From an uncultured Halobacteriales archaeon (GTDB lineage: Archaea; Thermoplasmatota; E2; JACPAO01; JAHWKR01), in assembly GCA_964452895.1 (NCBI GenBank), contig CAYVRY010000001.1:525-64524 (forward strand): 64,000 nt of DNA, in the 5' to 3' direction. The position numbers and the translations under genes were made by a program. Positions 9,826-20,234 of this stretch are shown here, in pieces. The notes under the pieces were generated by a model. It saw nothing but the letters and a program-made list of their open reading frames with translations, was not told the DNA's origin and did not search any database. Numbering within the stretch: the first letter of the stretch is position 1; every line of letters begins with the position of its first letter.

Positions 9826-11817
9826 ATGGGCTCCCGCGGTGGCGACCCAAGGGCGAAGCGCCCCAAAACCGGGAAGCACCAGCCGGCACAAGAGGAAGAT
9901 TCTCGTGAACCGGCCCTGCCCGAGGCCTTCTCGCCCGAGTTCTATGCCCAGGTGAACCGGGGGCCGTTGGAGGAGGCCTACGAACGGCACAACCGGGACC
10001 CGAAAAACTGGAACCCGATCCCGTGGGGCCTGCTGGTGGTCGGGGTGCTTGTGGGAATCTTGTTCGCCGTCGTGAATGTGTACGCGGCGCTCTCGTTGGG
10101 GATCATCGTCGGGGTCTCGTGGTACTTGATCTTCTTCGCCGGCGCGATGCTCGGTTGGCAGCCCGGTACGATCAATTATGTCGGCGGGGCGTCCACGGGC
10201 GCGAGCCAGATCGTGATCCCCATCGCGTTCGTCCTGCCGACCCTGTTCTTCCTGACGACCCAGGTATCCCCCGGTGGCTTCTACACTCTGGATGCGTTGC
10301 CGTCACCGTACGCGTTGGGCGGCTTCTTCCTCGTGGGCGCCGTCTTGGGGTTGATGATGTTCCAGATGTACCGCCACCTCTGGATCGTGCGGCGCCCCTT
10401 GCAATACCCGGGCGGGTTCGAGTCGGCGTCTCAGCTTCTTCGCTTGACGAAAGAGCGCGATGAGGCCGGTCAAAGCCGGTTGCGCGAGAGCGTGTTCGCG
10501 ATCACGGTGGGTGGGCTGGTCTCCGGGTTCTGGGTGCTTTTGCGGGACCTGCAGGCGTTCGGGCCGGCCGGCGCGCGCACCGGGTTTTTTGATCAGTTCT
10601 GGCGCGGGCGCTGGTTCGAGGAAGGGATCGTGCCTGCGCCCTGGGAGACCCGGCCGTTATACAACGGCCTGTTCTATCTCGACCCGTTCTTCATGGCGAT
10701 CGGTTGGTTCCTGCGGGCAAAAATCGCGATCATTCTCCTATTGGGGGCCTTGGTCACGTTCGTGCTGCCGTTTTTCGACCCCGCTGCGTATGAACCGCTC
10801 GGGTTCGCTCCGACTTCCCCCGGCTCGGGTCTGGTTGCTGTATGGGCAGCGAACGCACGCCTCCTGGCCGCCGCGGCGATCCTGGGCGCCGGCGTGGTCG
10901 CCTTGGTGCGCCTGCGTGGCCCCATCGCCGAAGGGATGCGTGCGATCTTCGGAGGCAAGGACCCGGCGGCGATGGAGACGAAGCGACCGTCGCCCTGGTT
11001 CGCGGGAGGGATCGCGCTGAGCATCGGCGTGTCCATCATTTTGTTGTGGCTCGGGGGTCTTCCCATCCTGGGGGCGTTGTTGGTGGTCCCGCTTTCCGTC
11101 TTGTTGGTCGGGCTTCTGGGTTTCATTGCGGTGAAGATCACGGGGGAGACCGCGATCCAGGCGCTCTCCCCGATGATGACCATCGGTTTCCTGTTCTTCC
11201 TGGTGCTGCTCAGCTTCGTGGGGTTCTCCGCGGGCGCGCTCGTCATGCTGTTGGTGGGCGTGACCGCTTTTTTCGGGGCGGGCATCATCATGAGCACGGA
11301 CGTGTTCCTGGACACCAAGGTCGGCCATTACATCGGCAACCCGCCGCACCGTCAGGCGATCGCCCAGGCGTCGGGCCTGCTGCCCGGTGTGATCGTGGGG
11401 ACGGCCCTGGTCTGGTTCCTCTCCGGGCTGGTCGCCGATGAGATCGCCGCCGGTCTTCAGCCCTCGCTGGCCATGCCGTTCGCGCGGGTGTTCTCCGGGC
11501 TCGCTCAACTGGGTCTCGGTGGAGAGATCCCCTGGCTGCTTCTGGGGATCGCGTTTCTTCTCGGCGCCAGCGTGGAGTACGGCACCCGCCTCGGGACCGT
11601 GTTCGCCATCGGGATGGTCCTGCAGCTTTTCGTGCCGGTGACCGTGCTCGCCGGTGCGCTTGTCCGGGAAGGATACGAAGCGTGGTTCGCCCCGCCGGAG
11701 ACCGGGGAAGGGGGACAACGGGGTCTCGTCATGCGGATCGCCGCACCCACCGGGGTGTTCGTGGGCGCCGCACTCGCCGCCCTCGTGGTCTTCGCATTGA
11801 ACCTTTGGGTGCTCTGA
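9826..11817 (+). CDS. OPT-family oligopeptide transporter-like membrane protein
   Basis: 663 aa with about 14-16 predicted TM helices, Gly/Pro-rich loops, and size and topology typical of the OPT superfamily. TATA-like CTTTAAAC lies about 25 nt upstream of the ATG. Confidence 0.5.
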   Translation: MGSRGGDPRAKRPKTGKHQPAQEEDSREPALPEAFSPEFYAQVNRGPLEEAYERHNRDPKNWNPIPWGLLVVGVLVGILFAVVNVYAALSLGIIVGVSWYLIFFAGAMLGWQPGTINYVGGASTGASQIVIPIAFVLPTLFFLTTQVSPGGFYTLDALPSPYALGGFFLVGAVLGLMMFQMYRHLWIVRRPLQYPGGFESASQLLRLTKERDEAGQSRLRESVFAITVGGLVSGFWVLLRDLQAFGPAGARTGFFDQFWRGRWFEEGIVPAPWETRPLYNGLFYLDPFFMAIGWFLRAKIAIILLLGALVTFVLPFFDPAAYEPLGFAPTSPGSGLVAVWAANARLLAAAAILGAGVVALVRLRGPIAEGMRAIFGGKDPAAMETKRPSPWFAGGIALSIGVSIILLWLGGLPILGALLVVPLSVLLVGLLGFIAVKITGETAIQALSPMMTIGFLFFLVLLSFVGFSAGALVMLLVGVTAFFGAGIIMSTDVFLDTKVGHYIGNPPHRQAIAQASGLLPGVIVGTALVWFLSGLVADEIAAGLQPSLAMPFARVFSGLAQLGLGGEIPWLLLGIAFLLGASVEYGTRLGTVFAIGMVLQLFVPVTVLAGALVREGYEAWFAPPETGEGGQRGLVMRIAAPTGVFVGAALAALVVFALNLWVL

Positions 11818-11830
11818 AGGGAGAGCCCGA

Positions 11831-13378
11831 TCACCTCGGCGGTTCTTCCGGCCCCGGGCCCATGGAAACGACACCGGAGGAGGCACCAGTAGCACCCGCT
11901 TGTTCGATGGGTGCCACGTCGGGCCCCACGGGCAACCAGGGATTGACCTCGGCGCCGGGGGAGAATCGCTCGGGCCACCATTTGTCCAGAAGCAATGCGA
12001 GCATGCCGTTGTCCAGGACGTTCACGGCGGTGCGGAACATGTCGTTGGGGCCGAAGAGGATCGCAATGAAGACCAGCGGAAACACGGCGGCTGCTGCTGC
12101 CGTGGGGAAGGGCAGGATCGCGGCCAGGACGGGAGCGGCGACCACGGCGAGGCCGCCCGGAACGCCAGGGGTCCCGATGGTAATGAGGATCAGTGGGATC
12201 ATCGCAAACAGGAAGTCCAGAACGCTCACATCGAGTCCGACCATTTTCGCGGCCACGATGGTCCCGACCACGGCGGCCATCATGGTCCCGTCGAGGTTCG
12301 CGGTGGCCCCGATCGGCAGGACGAAGCTGCGCACTTGTGGCCGCACGCCGAGTTCGTCGCGGCTTGTGGAGAGGTTCAAGGGAAGACTGGCGGCACTGGA
12401 TGACGTGGCCCAGGCAAAGGGATAGACCACACTCATGTACCGGACCACGAGTCGCTTGAGCGGGAACTTCGTGTACGCTGTGACCGCGAGGGCAGCGAAG
12501 GCGAGCCAGAGCAACGTGATGATCACCAGCACGCCCACGGAAATGAAGTAGGCCTCGAGAGGAGTCCAGATTGGTTCTCCCACACCCTCGGCACCGCCAA
12601 GTGCGTCCAGGAGGGCGTCTTCGAGTCCGGTCATCATGTAGATCCCGAGGAGGAACAAAATCGCAGGCATGGCGATCTTCAGGAACCGGCCCAGTGCGCT
12701 GAGCCCGTGAACACCGATGAGCGTGTAGATGTCCATGACGGTGCGAAACAGCCGACGAAGGGGGCTCCGGGGAGTCCTGCGGCCATATCCGCCGAGGAAA
12801 TAGATCACCACCGACATGAACAGGGCCCCCCAGATCGCCCGGAAGACGGGTTCCACGATCAAGGCGAGCCCGGTGGCGGACGCGGTGTCCGCAAACTGGT
12901 CGGCAAAGTTCGCCGCTCCGAAACCGAGCGTCATGAACGGGAAGAAGATCAATGAGACAAGAAGCGCGAACAGGCCGCCGAGCGTGGTGGTGAGGACGAA
13001 ACCGACGACCACGTAGAGGGCGAATTTCCCGGCGCTGGCGGTCCCGTACATCCGCACGAGTGCGGGGGTCAACGTGAAGAAGATGATCAAGGGGGCGACG
13101 TCGCCGATGTACCCGATCCCGGTGCGGATCCAGTTGCCCATGAACTCGGTCGTCGGGACGAGTGTGCCCACAAGGAATCCGGCAAGTAGCGCGAGGAGAA
13201 CCCAGACCGCGAACGGGATCAGACCGAGCGGGCCCAGCGAGCGTTTCACCCCGGCTTCGAAGGCGTCCACGCGACGGGCGAACGGGCCGGGCGGTGCCGT
13301 GCCTTTTTCTTGTTCATCCAGTCTTGCCCGCAATCGCGAGAAGGGGGTGTCCACTTCGGGCGCTTGTGCCGGCATCAA
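11831..13378 (-). CDS. dicarboxylate/amino acid:cation symporter (DAACS, GltP-like)
   Basis: DAACS re-entrant loop signatures: ITIGTPGVPGGLAVVAAPVLAA and FGPNDMFRTAVNVLDNG (the NVxGD-like motif). The size is right at 515 aa. Confidence 0.8.
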   Translation of the reverse strand: MMPAQAPEVDTPFSRLRARLDEQEKGTAPPGPFARRVDAFEAGVKRSLGPLGLIPFAVWVLLALLAGFLVGTLVPTTEFMGNWIRTGIGYIGDVAPLIIFFTLTPALVRMYGTASAGKFALYVVVGFVLTTTLGGLFALLVSLIFFPFMTLGFGAANFADQFADTASATGLALIVEPVFRAIWGALFMSVVIYFLGGYGRRTPRSPLRRLFRTVMDIYTLIGVHGLSALGRFLKIAMPAILFLLGIYMMTGLEDALLDALGGAEGVGEPIWTPLEAYFISVGVLVIITLLWLAFAALAVTAYTKFPLKRLVVRYMSVVYPFAWATSSSAASLPLNLSTSRDELGVRPQVRSFVLPIGATANLDGTMMAAVVGTIVAAKMVGLDVSVLDFLFAMIPLILITIGTPGVPGGLAVVAAPVLAAILPFPTAAAAAVFPLVFIAILFGPNDMFRTAVNVLDNGMLALLLDKWWPERFSPGAEVNPWLPVGPDVAPIEQAGATGASSGVVSMGPGPEEPPR

Positions 13379-13438
13379 ACGCGTGCAAGATGGCTTCTTT
13401 TTTAACCGGACCGGTGCGCGCGGTGGCGGGGTGGCCCA

Positions 13439-14179
13439 CTACAGCAACGATGCGACCAGGTAGCCGCCCATGATCCCGAGTTTGAGCCCGAGGAACATGC
13501 CGGCGGCCTTGAAGATGAAGGCGCGCGGGTTCGCGGCGATTCGGGCGAGTAGTCCCGTGCGCGCGGTCTTGTCGGGGACGTTGTGTTCGGCGGCCGCTGA
13601 CCTTCGCAGGGCTTCGACCTGGGCGGGTTCCTTGGCGTAGAGGACCTCCGTGGTGTCAAAAAGCGGCGCGCGGACGGTGGCGGGGTCGCCCCACAGGGTC
13701 CGCACGAGTCGGGCTTCGGTGGTGGTCGCGGTGGGTTCTTCTCGGGCGAGATGGTCGAGCCAGGCATCCGGTTCCAGTGAGGAGGGGGCGTCGTGGGTCG
13801 GCCAGGGGATCGGCGCTTGGGATGGTTCCGGAGCGATGGGCGCGGGTTCGGCCGGCGGCTCTTCGGCGTCGCTGAGGATCTCGTTGATCTCCCAGACGGT
13901 GGATTCGCTTGGCGGGCCCACGGGGCGCCGCTCCGGTGTGGGGCGGCCCGGCAAGCGAGGGGCGTCATTGTAGTTGTGTTCTGGCCAGGTGTCCTTGTTC
14001 TGGCCGTTGCCGTTCGTGCTTTTCCCGTCTCCGCGCGGCGTCCCGAACAGGATGCGCAGGCGTTCCCGGTCGTCCTCTTCGTCCCGGCGCTCGCTGGGAG
14101 GCCCGTTGGAGGGTTTCGGGTCGCCGTTTGTCGAGCCGAACAGGTCGTCCAGGGGAGACGGGGAATCCACAGCGTTCAA
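13439..14179 (-). CDS. hypothetical Pro-rich, low-complexity tail-anchored membrane protein
   Basis: Disordered, Pro/Glu-rich body with a single C-terminal TM helix (IFKAAGMFLGLKLGIMGGYLVASLL). It is divergent from the adjacent polytopic membrane protein. The call is weak. Confidence 0.35.
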   Translation of the reverse strand: MNAVDSPSPLDDLFGSTNGDPKPSNGPPSERRDEEDDRERLRILFGTPRGDGKSTNGNGQNKDTWPEHNYNDAPRLPGRPTPERRPVGPPSESTVWEINEILSDAEEPPAEPAPIAPEPSQAPIPWPTHDAPSSLEPDAWLDHLAREEPTATTTEARLVRTLWGDPATVRAPLFDTTEVLYAKEPAQVEALRRSAAAEHNVPDKTARTGLLARIAANPRAFIFKAAGMFLGLKLGIMGGYLVASLL

Positions 14180-14280
14180 CGCCCCACGCGGCTACATAAA
14201 CCGAGGGGATGGGTCCCGGCGGGTTTCATGGATGGGCGATCAATCCAGAAGGTTCGGCCACGTTGAAATAGGGGGGCTCC

Positions 14281-15099
14281 GTGGGCCGCGCCGTGCAGTT
14301 GCCGAATCTGCCCGGGCTGGTGGCCGTGTTCTTCAGTGCGGTGCCGGCCATGTTCCTGGTGTACTTGTTCCTGCATCGCTATGACGGGTTTTTCAGTGAA
14401 CGGCGTCTCTTGATGGCGCTCTTGGTGGGCCTGGTGGCGGGATCGGCGGTGACCCTCGTGGAGATCCTGTTCTTGCAGTTCCATCAGCCCGGTTTTCTCC
14501 TTTCGCAGCCGTGGCACCTGGGGCTCCTGCAATTGGTGGTCTTTTACCCGCTTCTGGAGACCATGGGGAAGTTCATCCCGGTGAACTGGCATTCGTATCG
14601 CGGCAAGCGGGACACGCCGTATTACGCGGTGGGGATCGGCATGGGGTTCGCGGCGATCAACGCGTTCATCCTGGTGGGTCGGGGCGTGGTGGAGTTCGAG
14701 GGCGTGTTGCCGCAGTTGACCCATTTCGACATCGCGGTGATCGCGCTCGTGGTGTTCGTCTTGTTCATGGCGGGGATCATGACGCAGGGGTTCGCCACCG
14801 TGGTCATGGGGCAGGCCATCGCGGACCGGGACCCGTGGCGGGCGTTCCTTTATGGTGTGGCCTTGCTGATGCCTTACTACGTCGGCTATTGGGCGATGGC
14901 TTTGATCCTTGGCGATCCCCTTGTGGGGATCCTGGTGACCTTGGCCGTCTTCACGTATGGCGCGGTGGGGGTGTGGTACGTGCGCAAGAACATCCTGGAG
15001 AACGTGGTGCCGCCGAAGATGGCGCGGCAGTTGCGCCGGCAGATGGCGAAAGAGGCTGCACAAGGGACCGGTGAAGGGGATCACGCACCGCGCCGGTGA
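14281..15099 (+). CDS. polytopic membrane protein (possibly PrsW/CPBP-like intramembrane protease)
   Basis: 7-8 TM helices; a weak EExxK-like motif (LLETMGK), a GFAAIN motif and an H-F-D motif. The protease assignment is tentative. Confidence 0.45.
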   Translation: MGRAVQLPNLPGLVAVFFSAVPAMFLVYLFLHRYDGFFSERRLLMALLVGLVAGSAVTLVEILFLQFHQPGFLLSQPWHLGLLQLVVFYPLLETMGKFIPVNWHSYRGKRDTPYYAVGIGMGFAAINAFILVGRGVVEFEGVLPQLTHFDIAVIALVVFVLFMAGIMTQGFATVVMGQAIADRDPWRAFLYGVALLMPYYVGYWAMALILGDPLVGILVTLAVFTYGAVGVWYVRKNILENVVPPKMARQLRRQMAKEAAQGTGEGDHAPRR

Positions 15100-15102
15100 G
15101 CC

Positions 15103-15663
15103 TCACAGTCTTTTCAGCCGCCCGGGCCGCGGTTCGTACAGTTCATCGCGCACGAGCCCGCCCCGGATCTCGGTGTCGGCGCGTTCGGGGGGCAGCCCGG
15201 CCGCTTCGAAGGCGGCTTCCAGTTGCTTCGGTGTGAAGCCGTCGCTTTGGCTTTCTTCGAGCGCGGCGATGATGCGGCGGACGCGGCTTTGGGTGCCTTG
15301 TTCGCCGGCCGCGCGGCTGGCGGCCCATTGCACGAGCCCTTCCTCGTCCCGCGGCGCCGTGGCGGGCGTGTTGCTGGTCCGCGCGCGGGCCCGGTCACGG
15401 ATCTCCTCGGCGAGCGCCTCCAGGTTCACGAGCGCCGCCTCGCCGCCGGTGACGCGGGCCTCCACGACGCCCACCGCGGTGCGCAGTTCCTCGGCGTCCT
15501 GGGCACGGTAAAGCACGTGCAGGCGCCGGTTGTCGCTGCGTTGTCCGCAGCGCCCGCAGGTGGAGGTCTGGGTCTTCAGTTCCATGCCGCGGGCATGGCG
15601 GCATTTGGGGCACACGACGACGCCGTAACGGGAGGTCCCGGTGGCTTCCTGGGAATCCGCCAT
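15103..15663 (-). CDS. hypothetical zinc-ribbon protein
   Basis: The start was moved to Met31 (MADSQEATG...). N-terminal CPKC...CGRC ribbon followed by an Ala/Glu/Arg-rich helical region. No family recognised. Confidence 0.4.
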   Translation of the reverse strand: MADSQEATGTSRYGVVVCPKCRHARGMELKTQTSTCGRCGQRSDNRRLHVLYRAQDAEELRTAVGVVEARVTGGEAALVNLEALAEEIRDRARARTSNTPATAPRDEEGLVQWAASRAAGEQGTQSRVRRIIAALEESQSDGFTPKQLEAAFEAAGLPPERADTEIRGGLVRDELYEPRPGRLKRL

Positions 15664-15721
15664 TGCAGTGCACGATGCGGCGGGGGGACTTGAACGTGTG
15701 TGTGGGCACCGGGAGTATTCA

Positions 15722-17239
15722 TCAGTCCCGCTCTCGGGCTTTCTCGGGGGCACTTTCGTGCGTGCGCAGGGACCGCACCAGGCTCCAGCACATGAGTAGC
15801 AGCAGGAGGGCCATGGGGAGGCCCATGGTGATCGAGGCGGTGCGCAGGGCGACCAGGCCGCCCGTGAGAAGGAGAAGGACTGCGAGGGTGCCTTCGGTGA
15901 GGGACCAGAAGACCCGTTGTGGCCGGGGCGGTCGGGGTTCGCCTCCGGTGGCCATGGAGGAGATCACGAGGGAACCGGAGTCGCTGGAGGTGATGAAGAA
16001 CGTGACGACGAGGAGGGTGGCGGCGAGTGATACGATGAGGGTGGCCGGTACGGATTCGAGCATCGCGTAGAGGGCAAAGGCTTCGTCCTGTGCCGTGGCC
16101 TGCCAGATGGAACCGGCGAGGTTGTGCTCGATCCACATGGCGGTGCCGCCGAAGGCGGCGAACCAGACGAACGCCGAGGCCACGGGCACGAGGAGCACGC
16201 CGACGATGAATTCGCGGATCGTCCGGCCTTTGGAGACGCGGGCGATGAAGAGGCCGACGAAGGGGGCCCAGCTCATCCACCATCCCCAGTAGAAGAGGGT
16301 CCAGTCGCTGCGCCATCGGGCGCTCGCGCCGGCGGCGTCGCCGATGAGCAGGCTCGTCTGCGGCAGCTTCCACAGGTAGACGCCCAGTCCGCGTACCAGG
16401 GATTCCAGGATGAAGAGGGTGGGGCCGACGGTCACGATGAACAGCAGCAGGGCGGCGGCGAGGATCATGTTGAAGCGGGATAGGCGCAGGATGCCGCGGG
16501 AGACCCCGAGCACGACGCTCACCGTGGCGATCGCCGTGACGACGCCGATGGTGACGATCTGCAAAAGCGCGGTGTCCTGGACCCCGAGGGTCTGGCTGAG
16601 GCCGGTGTTGATCTGCAACGCGCCGAGCCCGAGGCTCGTGGCGAGCCCAAAAAGCGTGGCGAAGATCACGACGATGTCCACCAGGTCTCCGGGCCAACCA
16701 TGGATCCGCTTCCCGATGAGCGGATGGAGGACGCTTCGCGGTGCCAGGGGCAGGCCGCGGCGGTGGTGGAAGTAGCCGAGGCTGAGCGCGACGACCAGGT
16801 AGATCGCCCAGGTATGAAGGCCCCAGTGGAAGAACGAGAAGCGCAGGGATTCGAGGATGGCGGCTTCCGTGCGGCCTTCGGCCATGGGGGGTCGTGCGTA
16901 ATGGGAGACCGGTTCGGCCACGCCCCAGAACACGAGCCCGATCCCCATGCCCGCGGAGAACAGCATGGTGAACCAGGCGAGCCGGGTGAACTCGGGCGGC
17001 GCGTCGTCCTCCCCGAGCTTGAGTGCACCGAAGCGGCTGAGGGCCAGCGCGACCACGAAGACCAGGAAGAACGAGGCACTAAGAAGAAAGAGCCATCCGA
17101 ACGTGGCGCTGATGCGTTGCTGGAACCAGGAGAACTCCTGCGCCGCCTGGTCGCCGCGCATGAGCGTGTAGGCCACGAACAGGGCGACGAGCGCGATGGT
17201 GACTGGCAAGACGTGCGCTCGGTGTTCGCGGGGCGGCAT
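15722..17239 (-). CDS. BCCT-family transporter (betaine/carnitine/choline type)
   Basis: BCCT signature WGWWMSWAPFVGLFIARVSKGRTIREF with 12 TM helices. Confidence 0.85.
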   Translation of the reverse strand: MPPREHRAHVLPVTIALVALFVAYTLMRGDQAAQEFSWFQQRISATFGWLFLLSASFFLVFVVALALSRFGALKLGEDDAPPEFTRLAWFTMLFSAGMGIGLVFWGVAEPVSHYARPPMAEGRTEAAILESLRFSFFHWGLHTWAIYLVVALSLGYFHHRRGLPLAPRSVLHPLIGKRIHGWPGDLVDIVVIFATLFGLATSLGLGALQINTGLSQTLGVQDTALLQIVTIGVVTAIATVSVVLGVSRGILRLSRFNMILAAALLLFIVTVGPTLFILESLVRGLGVYLWKLPQTSLLIGDAAGASARWRSDWTLFYWGWWMSWAPFVGLFIARVSKGRTIREFIVGVLLVPVASAFVWFAAFGGTAMWIEHNLAGSIWQATAQDEAFALYAMLESVPATLIVSLAATLLVVTFFITSSDSGSLVISSMATGGEPRPPRPQRVFWSLTEGTLAVLLLLTGGLVALRTASITMGLPMALLLLLMCWSLVRSLRTHESAPEKARERD

Positions 17240-17368
17240 GGTGGGCTCCCACGGTCCGTCGGACCGTGTCTTGCTCGCAGTCCGTCAAAGGACAAAACGC
17301 CATCGTGCGCTCCGAGTCCCCCCGACAATCCCATATAATGGAATCGGTTCGGCGGCGCCGTTGAGCCC

Positions 17369-19252
17369 ATGACTGCTGAGGAGGACCCGGCAAGGGGGGA
17401 GAAGGGGGTCGAGCAGGCGGCGGATGCTCACACCGAAGCCGCGGCACAGGACGCGGCTGCGCGGGGGCCCGAAGTGGCAGAGGGCGTGGAGGTGACCCGG
17501 TACACGCGGCAACCCATCGTGAGCGTGCTGGGTCACGTGGACCATGGCAAGACGAGTTTTCTGGACTGGGTGCGCGGGTCCACCGTGGTGGCCCGGGAGG
17601 CGGGGAAGATCACGCAGCACATCGGCGCCACGGAAGTGACCCTCGCGAAGATCGAGGAGGTGTGCGGGGCGCTGATGAAGGGGAAACAGTTCAAGGTGCC
17701 GGGGCTTCTTTTCATCGACACGCCGGGGCATGCGGCGTTCACGTCGCTGCGCGCGCGCGGCGGGGCACTGGCGGACATCGCGGTGTTGGCGGTGGACATC
17801 ACGGAGGGGTTCAAGCCGCAGACCAAGGAAGCGATCACGATCCTGAAGCAGTCCAAGACACCGTTTCTCGTGTTCGCGAACAAGGCGGACCGGTTCGACG
17901 GCTATGCCAGCCGTTCGGGCCCGGTGCTTGCCAACCTGAAGAGACAGGACCCGGTCGTGCAGGCGAAAGTGGACGAGGCGGTCTACAGGATCGTCGGCGA
18001 GCTGCACGACATGGGGTTCGAGAGCGAGCGTTTCGACCGGGTTGAGGATTTCCGCAAATCCATCGCGATCGTGCCGGGATGCGCGCTCACCGGGGAAGGG
18101 ATCCCGGATGCGTTGATGCTCCTGGTCGGTCTGGCACAACGGTTCCTGGAGGCGTCGTTGGAGACCACGGAAGAGGGGCCGGCGGAGGCCACCGTGTTGG
18201 AGGTCAAGGAGGAAAAGGGGTTGGGCCCGGCGTTGGACACGATCGTCTTCTCGGGCCGCATGAAGACCGGGGACTCTGTGGTCGTGGGCACGAAGGGCGA
18301 ACCCCTGATGACCCGGATCAAGGCCCTGCTTCGGCCAAGACCGCTGGATGAGATCCGCGACCCGAAGGATGCGTTCAAGCGCGTGCAGGAGGTCCATGCG
18401 GCCGCCGGGATCAAGGTCCTGTTGGGGGATACGGAGGGGATCGCGGCGGGGGCGCCGCTTCGCGTGGTGACCCCGGAGAACGAGGAGGAGGCGTATGAGG
18501 CCGTGCTCGCGCAGTCGCGACCCACCGTGGACCTCTCCGATGCGGGGGTGCACGTGAAGGCGGACACGATCGGTTCCTTGGAGGCGTTGGCGGTGGAGTG
18601 CCGTTTGGCGGGGATCCCGATCCGGCAGGCCGGTGTGGGTCCGGTCTCGCGTCGCGACGTGACCGGGGCTTCGGCGGAGACGGACCGGCTGCATCGGGCG
18701 GTCTTGGCGTTCAACGTGCCGATCCTGCCGGATGCGGAGTCTGCTTTGGAGGACCGGGAGGTGAAGCTGATCTCGGGGGATGTGATCTATACGCTCATGG
18801 AGGAGTACGGGGAATGGCATCAGGGGGCCGCAAAGGACGTGGACGCCGAGTTGCGCAAGCAGATCGTGCACCCGGGGAAGATCCTCTTTCTGGAGGACCA
18901 CACGTTCCGTGTCTCCAACCCGGCGATCATCGGGGTGCGCGTGGTGGGGGGCCGGATCGCGGTGGGGCACAAGCTGATGCGTGAGGACGGGCGCAGCATC
19001 GGGACGGTCAAATCGCTGCGCTTGCAGGACACGAACATCCTGGAGGCGAAGCAGGGCGACGAGGTCGCCATGGCCGTCGACGGCCCCATGGTGGGCCGGC
19101 AGATCAAGGAGGGCATCGTGCTCTTCGCGGAGATCCCCGGCAAGGATGCGCGTCAGTTGGTGGACATGGGCCGGTTGAACCCGGACGAGCGCGACGTGTT
19201 GGACCAGGTGATCCGGATCAAGCGGAAAGAGGACCGTTTCTGGGGCATGTAA
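17369..19252 (+). CDS. infB: translation initiation factor aIF5B (archaeal IF2)
   Basis: N-terminal G-domain (IVSVLGHVDHGKTSFLDWVRGS...ITQHIGATEV...DTPGHAAFTSLRARGG...ANKADR) and C-terminus IKRKEDRFWGM, collinear with archaeal aIF5B and about 600 aa. No intein. TATA-like CATATAAT lies about 33 nt upstream. Confidence 0.92.
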   Translation: MTAEEDPARGEKGVEQAADAHTEAAAQDAAARGPEVAEGVEVTRYTRQPIVSVLGHVDHGKTSFLDWVRGSTVVAREAGKITQHIGATEVTLAKIEEVCGALMKGKQFKVPGLLFIDTPGHAAFTSLRARGGALADIAVLAVDITEGFKPQTKEAITILKQSKTPFLVFANKADRFDGYASRSGPVLANLKRQDPVVQAKVDEAVYRIVGELHDMGFESERFDRVEDFRKSIAIVPGCALTGEGIPDALMLLVGLAQRFLEASLETTEEGPAEATVLEVKEEKGLGPALDTIVFSGRMKTGDSVVVGTKGEPLMTRIKALLRPRPLDEIRDPKDAFKRVQEVHAAAGIKVLLGDTEGIAAGAPLRVVTPENEEEAYEAVLAQSRPTVDLSDAGVHVKADTIGSLEALAVECRLAGIPIRQAGVGPVSRRDVTGASAETDRLHRAVLAFNVPILPDAESALEDREVKLISGDVIYTLMEEYGEWHQGAAKDVDAELRKQIVHPGKILFLEDHTFRVSNPAIIGVRVVGGRIAVGHKLMREDGRSIGTVKSLRLQDTNILEAKQGDEVAMAVDGPMVGRQIKEGIVLFAEIPGKDARQLVDMGRLNPDERDVLDQVIRIKRKEDRFWGM

Positions 19253-19277
19253 AGAAGGGAAGAGAACGGGGGAGCGT

Positions 19278-20120
19278 CTACTTGCGGGCGACGATCAGGT
19301 GGGCCGTCATGGGGAAGACGATTCCCTGGTCGTCCGTGTAGGGCGCAAGGCCTTGTTGCACCTCTTCGAAGAGCGCTTTGCGATGGGTCGCGTCGACCAT
19401 CTCATACATAGCTTTCAGGTGGCCTTTCGGGCCGGGCGGGACGCCGTCGATGCTCAACTGGGTGAATTCGTCCGCCGAGGGGTAGCGGACGGTTCCGACT
19501 TGCACCTCATGCCGGGCCTCCCGGAATCCGGCCTCTTCGACGATGGCGCGCAGTCCCGTGCCGTCTTCGGCCTGGAACGGGGTGCGCATCACGTCGCCGG
19601 CTTTGGGGTCCACGTGGCGGTCCAGGGCGTCGCACAGCACCCGGTAGCCGGGGATGTGGTCGATGCCGAGCCACTGGGTGAAGCCGGCCCATCCGCCGGT
19701 TTTCAGGACCCGGTGCATCTCTTGGACCGCACGGGCCTTGTCCGGGATGAACTGCACGCCTTGTTGGCACAAGACCGCGTCGAACCGGGCGTCCTCGAAG
19801 GGCATGTCCGTGGCGTCGCCCAGGTGGAACTCCACGGGCAGCCGTACGTCCTTGAACACCTCTTTCGCGGTCTGGATCATGCCGGGGTTCAGGTCCAACC
19901 CGGTCACAAAGCCTTTCTCGCCCACGCGGGCGGCGGCGAGCCGGGTGACCGCGCCGGAGCCGCAGGCGACGTCCAGCACCGCATTGCCGGGCACCACAGG
20001 CACGTTTTCCAACAGGCGTCGGCCCCACGGGTCGAACAGGACCGGGACCGCCCGGTCGTGGTAGGTCCTTGCGCTTTCCAGGATGAGTTGTTCCTTGCTC
20101 TGGGTTTCTTGTGGCGTCAT
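19278..20120 (-). CDS. class I SAM-dependent methyltransferase
   Basis: Motif I VLDVACGSGAVTRLAA and post-I acidic loop VTGLDLNPGMI. Confidence 0.8.
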   Translation of the reverse strand: MTPQETQSKEQLILESARTYHDRAVPVLFDPWGRRLLENVPVVPGNAVLDVACGSGAVTRLAAARVGEKGFVTGLDLNPGMIQTAKEVFKDVRLPVEFHLGDATDMPFEDARFDAVLCQQGVQFIPDKARAVQEMHRVLKTGGWAGFTQWLGIDHIPGYRVLCDALDRHVDPKAGDVMRTPFQAEDGTGLRAIVEEAGFREARHEVQVGTVRYPSADEFTQLSIDGVPPGPKGHLKAMYEMVDATHRKALFEEVQQGLAPYTDDQGIVFPMTAHLIVARK

Positions 20121-20234
20121 GTTGCTGTCTCCAAGGGATCTTTGTCAGGGACTCGTTGGCATGTCGGGGGGTCGATGTGTCGGTGCATTGACCCTTGCGA
20201 TGGTGCCCTTCCCAGGCGTCTTCTTTACTTGGTT

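Noticed and set aside
10738-11895. 385-aa ORF antisense to the OPT transporter
   Set aside because: Highly charged Arg/Glu/His/Asp composition. The sense strand encodes a coherent 14-16-TM protein.
15576-17370. Minus-strand ORFs 15576..16697 and 16666..17370 overlapping the BCCT gene in other frames
   Set aside because: The BCCT signature (WGWWMSWAPFVGLFIARVSKGRTIREF) fixes the real frame. These are Arg/Pro/His-rich alternatives.
17285-18970. 561-aa ORF antisense to aIF5B (also 17533..17883 and 17983..18714)
   Set aside because: The sense strand is a near-perfect aIF5B. The antisense frames are Arg/Pro-rich.
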